Below are positions 34,484 through 41,462 of a stretch of 64,000 nucleotides of DNA, piece after piece (position 1 is the stretch's first letter; the number at the start of each line of letters is the position of its first letter). The position numbers and the translations under genes were made by a program. The stretch comes from Vicinamibacterales bacterium (GTDB lineage: Bacteria; Acidobacteriota; Vicinamibacteria; Vicinamibacterales; 2-12-FULL-66-21): positions 46,318 to 110,317 of the forward strand of contig DATJIW010000078.1 in NCBI GenBank assembly GCA_035492775.1, written 5' to 3'. A model generated the notes under the pieces. It did no database searches. It was not told the origin of the DNA and saw only the letters and a program-made list of their open reading frames with translations.

Positions 34484-35608
34484 ATGAAGCACCGTACGTC
34501 CGTCGTCGCAGTGATTGCGATGCTCTCCAGCGGAGCTGTGGCTTCAGGCACGTCGCAATCGCAATCGGACGACCTCTCGAAGCGCGCGGGCGAACGCCTG
34601 TCAGCTCTGCAGCAGGAATCCGACGCGCTCGCGACACGAGAGCGGACCCTGCTGGTGGATCTTCGAAAGCTCGAACTCGATCGGCAGATCAAGATCGAGA
34701 GGCTCGCTTCAATCGAGCACGATTCGGCGCAGGTGCAATCACAGCTGGCGGACGCGGAGCAGCGCGCGGCGACGCTCGCCGCAGAAGTCGAATCGGAACG
34801 CCCGGACGTCGAAGCGCGGTTCGTTCAGCTCTACAAGCTCGGACGCGTCGGCTACTGGCGGATGCTGCTCGACGTCGACAGCCTTCGGGAGCTGGGCCGC
34901 GCGTATCGAACGGCGTCGGCGCTGGGGCACATCGATCGCGAGCGGCTCGAGCAGCATCGCAGGAACGTCGCAGCGCTCGATGCGGAGCGCGCGACGCTTC
35001 GTCAGCGCGTTACGGAGCTTGCGCAACTGCAGCAGCAGGCGGAAACGGCTCGCGCCTCCGCCGCGCGCGCGGTCGCCGCACAGACGGCCCTCGTCAAATC
35101 GATCGACGAGCGCCGGGACCTCAACGCGCAGCTCACCGGCGAACTGCAGCAGGCCCGCGATCGCCTGCAATCCGAAGTCGAACGCATGCAGGCCGGCACG
35201 TCACGCGCGGCAGGCCTGCCGATTCGGCCGTTCAGAGGCGTCCTGCCGTGGCCGGCAGACGGGATCCCCATCCAGCGCGCGCACCGCGGCGCCTCGGCGG
35301 CCACCAGGAAAGGCATCGAACTCTCGCTGCCGGCGGGCCAGCCCGTCAAATCCGTCCACGAGGGAACGGTGGCGTTTGCCGACCAGTTCACCGGTTACGG
35401 GAACCTCGTCATCGTCGACCATGGGGACAACGACTTCTCGCTCTATGGCAATCTTCAGGCGTTGGCAGTGCACAAGGGCGACCGCGTGAAGGCCGGCTCG
35501 ACGGTTGGCAGCTCCGGCCGCGACCCTGCCGGCAATCCGTCCCTCTATTTCGAGCTGCGGATCGACGGGCAGCCCGTGGATCCCCTACAATGGCTCAAGA
35601 GGTCCTGA
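34484..35608 (+). CDS. EnvC-like murein hydrolase activator / M23 peptidase with coiled coil
   Basis: Start ATG 34484 (MKHRTSVVAVIAMLSSGAVASG signal); long coiled-coil region; C-terminal M23/LytM domain (GIELSLPAGQPVKSVHEGTVAFAD...GNLVIVDHGD...YFELRIDGQPVDP). TATAAT at 34468-34473. Confidence 0.8.
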   Translation: MKHRTSVVAVIAMLSSGAVASGTSQSQSDDLSKRAGERLSALQQESDALATRERTLLVDLRKLELDRQIKIERLASIEHDSAQVQSQLADAEQRAATLAAEVESERPDVEARFVQLYKLGRVGYWRMLLDVDSLRELGRAYRTASALGHIDRERLEQHRRNVAALDAERATLRQRVTELAQLQQQAETARASAARAVAAQTALVKSIDERRDLNAQLTGELQQARDRLQSEVERMQAGTSRAAGLPIRPFRGVLPWPADGIPIQRAHRGASAATRKGIELSLPAGQPVKSVHEGTVAFADQFTGYGNLVIVDHGDNDFSLYGNLQALAVHKGDRVKAGSTVGSSGRDPAGNPSLYFELRIDGQPVDPLQWLKRS

Positions 35609-35615
35609 AGCATTC

Positions 35616-36881
35616 ATGACGACCCGTACCAGGCTTTCCGTGCTGCTGATCTCGACGCCGCTTCTCGCGTTCATCGTCATTGGCGGCGCGCTCGGCAGGG
35701 CCTCGTCCGGCGACGACGCGTTCCAGCACCTGCGAGTGTTCGAAGACGTCGTGTCGCTGATCCTCAACAACTATGTCGAGGAAGTGAAAGTCGATCACGT
35801 CATGGAAGGCGCGATGCGTGGTCTCGCCGACGGCCTGGACCCGGACAGTGCGTACCTCACGCCGGAAGAAGTGAAGGCGCTCGACGCTTCGGGTCCGTGT
35901 GCGTCGCTCTCGCCGAGCGCGGCCTGCGCATCCAGCGGCGTGCCTGCGGGAGACGTCGGCGTCGAACTCACCCGGCAGTACTACCTGCGCGTCATCGCAG
36001 CGCGCGATGGATCGCCGGCAGCCAGGGCTGGATTACAGACAGGCGATTACGTGCGTGCGATCGACGGGAAGCCGACGCGGGACATGTCGGTCTGGGAGGG
36101 CGCGCGCATGCTCCGTGGCACGCCCGGCTCCAAGGTGACGCTGACCGTCATCCGCGGCAATGCCGCAGACCCGCACGACGTGGCTCTCGTGCGCGAAACC
36201 TCGCCCGGATCGATCGTGAGCGGACGGCTTCTCGAGCCCGGCATCGGGGTGATCCGGATTGCGGCGTTTGGCACCGGAACGGCCGGCCGCGTCCGCGAGC
36301 AGGTGGAGCAACTGACCAGGGCAGGCGCCACGCATCTCATCATCGACCTGCGGCATACGGCGGAAGGGCCGTACGAGAACGGGATCGAAACCGCACGCCT
36401 GTTCGTGAAGGACGGCACCCTCGTTCAAATCGCGGGGCGCGACCCGCAGCAGAAGGCTGAGGAGAAGTCGGCGACGGCCAATCCGCCGGCATCGACGAAG
36501 GTGTCTCCAGCCGCCATCCGACAGACCATCTCGGCCCGACCGGGAGACGGCGCAATCGCCACGCCGGTGACGCTGCTCGTAACGACGGGCACGTCCGGGG
36601 CCGCGGAGCTGTTCGTTGCTGCGCTCGACGGGAACAAGCGCGCCGACGTGGTCGGCGAGCGCACGCTCGGCAGGGCCGGGGTGCAGAAGCTGGTTCGTCT
36701 TCCCGACGGCCGCGGCCTGTGGCTCACCTACGAGCGCTACGTCGCTCCATCGGGCGATACGATCTCGGGCCGCGGGATTGCCCCCGACCAGGAGGTCGAT
36801 GAGCCTGATGTGGAGTGGGGTGAGCCGGTCCCCTCGACGGATCCCATCCTCGACGCGGCAGTCGCCCGCATCAAGAAATAA
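35616..36881 (+). CDS. S41-family C-terminal processing peptidase (PDZ-containing)
   Basis: Start ATG 35616 (MTTRTRLSVLLISTPLLAFIVIGG). PDZ (AARAGLQTGDYVRAIDGKPT). Ser motif TTGTSGAAELFVAAL. The expected TFGKG Lys motif reads TLGRAG. Confidence 0.8.
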   Translation: MTTRTRLSVLLISTPLLAFIVIGGALGRASSGDDAFQHLRVFEDVVSLILNNYVEEVKVDHVMEGAMRGLADGLDPDSAYLTPEEVKALDASGPCASLSPSAACASSGVPAGDVGVELTRQYYLRVIAARDGSPAARAGLQTGDYVRAIDGKPTRDMSVWEGARMLRGTPGSKVTLTVIRGNAADPHDVALVRETSPGSIVSGRLLEPGIGVIRIAAFGTGTAGRVREQVEQLTRAGATHLIIDLRHTAEGPYENGIETARLFVKDGTLVQIAGRDPQQKAEEKSATANPPASTKVSPAAIRQTISARPGDGAIATPVTLLVTTGTSGAAELFVAALDGNKRADVVGERTLGRAGVQKLVRLPDGRGLWLTYERYVAPSGDTISGRGIAPDQEVDEPDVEWGEPVPSTDPILDAAVARIKK

Positions 36882-36965
36882 CGATTGCCGGTTGGACGGC
36901 ATTTGCGATTCCGCCGCTTGTCCATTAAACTGATCGTTCCGGCAAGGCCTGTGTTTTCAAGACAT

Positions 36966-37041
36966 AGGCGCGTAGCTCAGTGGTTAGAGCGCCTGCTTGA
37001 CACGCAGGAGGTCAGTGGTTCGACTCCACCCGCGCCTACCA
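36966..37041 (+). tRNA. tRNA-Val (anticodon GAC)
   Basis: 76 nt folded by hand: acceptor AGGCGCG/CGCGCCT, D-arm GCTC-AGTGGTTA-GAGC, anticodon arm CCTGC-TTGACAC-GCAGG, T-arm with GGTTCGACTCC, encoded CCA. Confidence 0.9.
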
Positions 37042-37149
37042 GCCTTCGCTCACGCTTGCACATGCGAAACGTGAGCATCGGCTCGGCAAGCCACGCGAAG
37101 GCTGTCGCGCCGAAGCCGCGTAGCGGCGAAGGCGGACTCACCATGCTCC

Positions 37150-39105
37150 ATGTCTGAGATCTCGGTTACGCTTCCTGACGGCTCCGTTCGCCAGGTGCCC
37201 GCCGGCAGCACGCCTGCCGACGTCGCGGCCGCGATCTCTCCACGCCTCGCCAAGGCGGCGATTGCCGCACTCGTCGACGGTCAGTTGACGGATCTGACGC
37301 GGCCGCTCACGAAGGACGCGTCGGTCGCCCTCGTCACCGACAAGGGACGCGAGGCGCTCCATGTTTACCGGCACAGCACCGCTCACCTGCTCGCCGCGGC
37401 CGTAACGCACTTGTTCCCCGGCGCCCAGTGCGGGATCGGGCCCGCCACCGAGGACGGATTCTTCTACGACTTCGTCGTCGAACGCCCGTTCGTCCCTGAG
37501 GACCTGGAAGCGATCGAGCGGAAGATGAAAGAGCTGGCGGCCGCCGACCTGGTCTACGAGCGACAGATCTGGCCGCGCGAGGAGGCGCTGCGCTTCTTCA
37601 AGGAACGCGGCGAGCCCCTCAAGGTGCAGCTGATCGAAGAGAAGACCGCGGGCCAGTCCGAGGTGTCGTGCTACACGATCAAGGACCGCGACCTGTTCGT
37701 GGACTTCTGCGTCGGACCGCACGTCCCTTCGTCTGGTCGCCTCAAGGCGTTCAAGCTCCTGAACACGTCGAACGCCTACTGGAAAGGCGACGCGAAGAAC
37801 CAGCCGATGCAGCGGATCTACGGCACGGCGTTCTTCACCGACAAGGAACTGCAGGCGTATCTGCAGCGGATCGAGGAAGCGAAGAAGCGCGACCACCGGA
37901 AGCTCGGACGCGACCTCGGCCTGTTCATGTTCCACCCATGGGCGCCCGGCGCGACGTTCTGGTTCGGCAAGGGCACGACGCTGTACAACACGCTCGCAAA
38001 CTACATGCGCGGCGTGCTCTTCCCTGCCGGGTACCAGGAAGTCAAGGCGCCGATCATCTTCAACAAGGCGTTGTGGGAAACGTCCGGGCACTGGGAGCAC
38101 TATCGCGACAACATGTTCCTCGTGCAGTCGTCGGACGACGAGGAGATGGGGCTCAAGGCGATGAACTGCCCGGGCCACTTCCTCATGTTCGCCAGCGAAG
38201 TACGCAGCTACAAGGACCTGCCAATCCGGTTTCACGAACAGACGCCGCTGCACCGCAACGAGGCCTCCGGCGTGCTGTCGGGTTTGACGCGCGTGCGCCA
38301 GTTCTCACAGGACGATGCCCACTGCTTCGTGACGCAGGATCAGATCGGCCAAGAGGTCGAGCGCCTGCTGCGGCTCGTGCAGCGCGTGTACGGCGACTTC
38401 GGACTTCAGTACGAGGCCAAGCTCGGAACGAGACCCGCCAGCTACCTCGGCAGGCTGGAGACGTGGAATCATGCCGAAGCGCAGCTGCGGGACGCACTCG
38501 AGCGCGCGGGCATGGCGTACGTCCTGAACGAAGGGGACGGCGCGTTCTACGGGCCGAAGATCGATTTCGACATCACCGACGCGATCGGGCGCAAATGGCA
38601 GTGCGCCACGATTCAGCTCGACTATCAGATGCCGGAGCGGTTCGATCTGAAGTACATCGGCGCGGACAACGCCGAGCATCGGCCCGTCGTCATCCACCGC
38701 GCGATCTTCGGAAGCTTCGAGCGGTTCATTGCGATCCTGATCGAGCATTATGCCGGCGCGTTTCCGCTGTGGCTCGCGCCCGTGCAGGCTATCGTGCTGC
38801 CGATTGCCGATCGACACGCGGCGTATGCCCGCGACGTGCGCGACCGGCTCGCGGCAGCGGGTCTGCGGGTGGATATCGATGAACGGCAGGAAAAGGTAAA
38901 CTATAAGATTCGCGAAGCCCAGCTGCAGAAAGTCCCCTACATGCTCGTCATCGGGGACCGCGAAGCGGCCGAGGGTACGGTGGCCGTCCGCAGCCGGAGC
39001 GGCGGAGACCAGGGCGGCCGGGCAGTCGACGCGTTCATCTCGGCGGCGCGGACCGAGATTGCCGCCAAGCGAGAACCGGAAAACGGACTGGCCGCGGCAA
39101 GCTGA
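37150..39105 (+). CDS. thrS: Threonine--tRNA ligase
   Basis: 651 aa; TGS domain (ISVTLPDGS), editing-domain HSTAHLLA, class II motifs (FHEQTPLHRNEASG, GFGLQYEAKL..., GPKIDF, IHRAIFGSFERF). Confidence 0.9.
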   Translation: MSEISVTLPDGSVRQVPAGSTPADVAAAISPRLAKAAIAALVDGQLTDLTRPLTKDASVALVTDKGREALHVYRHSTAHLLAAAVTHLFPGAQCGIGPATEDGFFYDFVVERPFVPEDLEAIERKMKELAAADLVYERQIWPREEALRFFKERGEPLKVQLIEEKTAGQSEVSCYTIKDRDLFVDFCVGPHVPSSGRLKAFKLLNTSNAYWKGDAKNQPMQRIYGTAFFTDKELQAYLQRIEEAKKRDHRKLGRDLGLFMFHPWAPGATFWFGKGTTLYNTLANYMRGVLFPAGYQEVKAPIIFNKALWETSGHWEHYRDNMFLVQSSDDEEMGLKAMNCPGHFLMFASEVRSYKDLPIRFHEQTPLHRNEASGVLSGLTRVRQFSQDDAHCFVTQDQIGQEVERLLRLVQRVYGDFGLQYEAKLGTRPASYLGRLETWNHAEAQLRDALERAGMAYVLNEGDGAFYGPKIDFDITDAIGRKWQCATIQLDYQMPERFDLKYIGADNAEHRPVVIHRAIFGSFERFIAILIEHYAGAFPLWLAPVQAIVLPIADRHAAYARDVRDRLAAAGLRVDIDERQEKVNYKIREAQLQKVPYMLVIGDREAAEGTVAVRSRSGGDQGGRAVDAFISAARTEIAAKREPENGLAAAS

Positions 39106-39134
39106 AATTGGCAGTTGTCTGATAGGGGGTAGTT

Positions 39135-39722
39135 ATCGCTTTTGATCGAAACCCGCGGCGGGACGACCGCACCCGGGTCAACGAACGGATCCGGGTCCGC
39201 GAGGTCCGGGTCATCGATGAAAACGGCGAACAGCTCGGGATCATGGCGCCGCCGCAGGCGCTGGCGATCGCGCGCCAGAAAGGTCTCGATCTCGTGGAGA
39301 TCGCGGCGACGGCGGTACCGCCCGTCTGCCGCATCATGGACTTCGGGCGCTACCAGTACCAGGAACAGAAGCGGGCGCGCTCGGCCAAGAAACACCAGAA
39401 GATCATCGAGGTCAAGGAAATCAAGTTCCGGCCGAAGGTCGACGAGCACGACTACCAGTTCAAGAAGAAGCACATCGAGCGCTTCCTGGCCGAGGGGGAC
39501 AAGGTCAAGGCGACGATCTTCTTCAGAGGCCGCGAAATGGCACACCCCGAGATCGGCCGCCGCATTCTCGAGCGGCTGATCGAAGAGCTCGCCGAAGTCG
39601 CGATCGCGGAAACGCAGCCGCGCCAGGAAGGCAACCAGATGCACACCATCCTGTCGCAGAAGGGCGGCGGAAAACGCACGGCGCCGAAGCCGAAGACGGA
39701 ACAGACGACGGAGAACGCGTAA
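39135..39722 (+). CDS. infC: Translation initiation factor IF-3, with non-canonical ATC start
   Basis: The track begins at internal Met 39243, but the frame is open back to TAG 39123-25. It encodes the conserved IF-3 N-terminus ([36 protein letters not shown]). There is no in-frame ATG/GTG/TTG/CTG in 39126-39242. ATC 39135 has GGGGG 5-6 nt upstream. Confidence 0.8.
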   Translation: MAFDRNPRRDDRTRVNERIRVREVRVIDENGEQLGIMAPPQALAIARQKGLDLVEIAATAVPPVCRIMDFGRYQYQEQKRARSAKKHQKIIEVKEIKFRPKVDEHDYQFKKKHIERFLAEGDKVKATIFFRGREMAHPEIGRRILERLIEELAEVAIAETQPRQEGNQMHTILSQKGGGKRTAPKPKTEQTTENA

Positions 39723-39914
39723 ATGCCCAAGTTGAAGAGTCATCGCGGCGCCGCAAAGCGGTTCAAGAAGACCGGGACGGGGAAAGTCGTCCGGGCCAAG
39801 GCTTTCAAGCGTCACATCCTGACGAGCAAGACCCGCAGCCGCAAGCGGAAGCTTCGCGGAACGTTCGTCGCGGCGCCGGCCGATCAGGCCAAGCTGCGCA
39901 GGATGCTGCCGTAA
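39723..39914 (+). CDS. rpmI: 50S ribosomal protein L35
   Basis: [37 protein letters not shown]; the ATG abuts the infC TAA. Confidence 0.9.
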   Translation: MPKLKSHRGAAKRFKKTGTGKVVRAKAFKRHILTSKTRSRKRKLRGTFVAAPADQAKLRRMLP

Positions 39915-39960
39915 CGCCGTTGCCAGATTCCAGTTGCCAATTGCCCTGAGAGAGTAAGAG

Positions 39961-40338
39961 ATGCCGAGAGTAAAAAGAGGAAACGTCCGCCGGGCGAAGC
40001 GCAAGAAGCTGCTCGCGCGAGCGAAAGGGTTCTACCAGACGAAGAGCAAGCTCTATCGTTCCGCGAAAGAGTCGGTGGATACGGCGCTCAAATATGCCTT
40101 CGTCGGCCGCCGGAACAAGAAACGCGACTTCCGCCGCCTGTGGGTGATGCGCATCAACGCCGCCGCGCGGGAACACGGGCTGACCTACGGACAGTTCATC
40201 GCCGGCTTGAAGGCGGCGGGCAATACGCTCGATCGAAAGAGCCTCGCGGATCTCGCCGTATCATCTCCCGCGTCGTTCGCCCGACTCGCGAAGGTGGCCG
40301 CCGAGGCGAAGCCGAAGCAGGCCGCCCCGCGCGCCTAG
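39961..40338 (+). CDS. rplT: 50S ribosomal protein L20
   Basis: [39 protein letters not shown]... Confidence 0.9.
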   Translation: MPRVKRGNVRRAKRKKLLARAKGFYQTKSKLYRSAKESVDTALKYAFVGRRNKKRDFRRLWVMRINAAAREHGLTYGQFIAGLKAAGNTLDRKSLADLAVSSPASFARLAKVAAEAKPKQAAPRA

Positions 40339-40363
40339 CCGTCCGGTTCTAGTAAGCTTCCCA

Positions 40364-40400
40364 GGAGATCAGGAGGTCAGGAGTCATCCTCTTGATCTCC
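40364..40400 (+). promoter_or_regulatory. 13-bp stem-loop in the rplT-pheS spacer that embeds the pheS SD (loop) and TTG start (stem)
   Basis: GGAGATCAGGAGG (40364-76) pairs with CCTCTTGATCTCC (40388-400), with one G-U pair; the 11-nt loop tcAGGAGtcat holds the SD. The 5' arm is three tandem nTCAGGAG octamers. Confidence 0.45.
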
Positions 40401-41462
40401 GATCGCCCAACGAGTGCTCTAGAACCGCGAATGGACATTTCTTCTCTCCGCAGACAATTCGATGCCGATCTCGCTGCCGCAGCGAGTGAGGCGCAGTTGC
40501 GCGCGGTGCGGGACCGCTATCTTGCCCGCAGCGGGGGCCTCGTCTCGAACCTGCTCCGGGAGGTCAGTGCTGCGCCGGCGGCGGAGCGTCCCGTCCTTGG
40601 AAAACAGGCCAACGAGCTCAAGAAATACATCGACGACGCGATCAAAGCGTGTGTCGTCCGGACGACGTCGCCGGGAGCCGACGCGCTGGACGTCACACTC
40701 CCCGGGCGCCGGCCTCTGCTCGGCCATCGGCATCCGCTCACCCTGCTGCGCGAGCAGATCGAGGCCTTCTTCCAGCGCATCGGGTTCCTGATCGTCGAAG
40801 GCCCCGAACTCGAGGACGACTACCACAACTTCGAAGCGCTCAACATGCCGGCGGAGCATCCCGCGCGCGACATGCAGGACACGCTGTATCTCGCATCGCC
40901 GGTACGGTCCGCTGTCGGAGTGCTCGCGACGCTCCTGCGCACGCACACCTCGGGCATGCAGGTCCGCTACATGGAGCGGTTCCAGCCGCCTGTGCGTCTC
41001 ATCGCACCCGGGCGCGTCTACCGTCGCGACAATCTCGACCTGACACATACGCCGATGTTCACCCAGGTCGAAGGTCTCGTCGTGGATGAGGGAATCACTC
41101 TGGCGGATCTCAAGGGGACCCTCGTCGCGTTCGCGCGGGAAATGTTCGGCGCCGATCGGCAGACACGGTTCCGTCCGAGCTTCTTCCCCTATACGGAGCC
41201 GAGCGCGGAACTCGACATCAGCTGCGCAGCCTGCAGTGGTACGGGATGCCCGATGTGCAAGCACACGGGATGGATCGAAGTACTCGGCAGCGGCATGGTG
41301 CACCCGGCCGTGTTCGAGGCGGTCGGCTACGATCCGGAGCGGTTCACGGGTTTCGCGTTCGGCGTCGGCATCGAGCGGATGGCGCTCCTCAAGTGGGGCG
41401 TCGAAGACATCCGTCTCTTTTACGAGAATGATCTGCGCTTCCTGGAGCAGTTCCCGCTGTGA
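40392..41462 (+). CDS. pheS: Phenylalanine--tRNA ligase alpha subunit
   Basis: Class II motifs (HPLTLLREQIEAFF, FEALNMPAEHPARDMQDT, RTHTSGMQVR, GRVYRRD, FRPSFFPYTEPSAE, GSGMVHP, AFGVGIERMALL). TTG 40392 has AGGAG 8 nt upstream; the alternative ATG 40431 lacks an SD. Confidence 0.9.
   Translation: MISDRPTSALEPRMDISSLRRQFDADLAAAASEAQLRAVRDRYLARSGGLVSNLLREVSAAPAAERPVLGKQANELKKYIDDAIKACVVRTTSPGADALDVTLPGRRPLLGHRHPLTLLREQIEAFFQRIGFLIVEGPELEDDYHNFEALNMPAEHPARDMQDTLYLASPVRSAVGVLATLLRTHTSGMQVRYMERFQPPVRLIAPGRVYRRDNLDLTHTPMFTQVEGLVVDEGITLADLKGTLVAFAREMFGADRQTRFRPSFFPYTEPSAELDISCAACSGTGCPMCKHTGWIEVLGSGMVHPAVFEAVGYDPERFTGFAFGVGIERMALLKWGVEDIRLFYENDLRFLEQFPL

Noticed and set aside
37042-37149. T-box or tRNA-mimic leader upstream of thrS
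   Set aside because: Only generic hairpins were seen (GCCTTCGC...GCGAAGGC; GCTCACG...CGTGAGC). I saw no T-box consensus, specifier-loop architecture or terminator/antiterminator pair. It is more likely a tRNA-Val trailer plus a short thrS leader.
37138-40004. 371-aa and 355-aa minus-strand ORFs
   Set aside because: They are antisense to thrS and to infC-rpmI-rplT. They are shadow ORFs.
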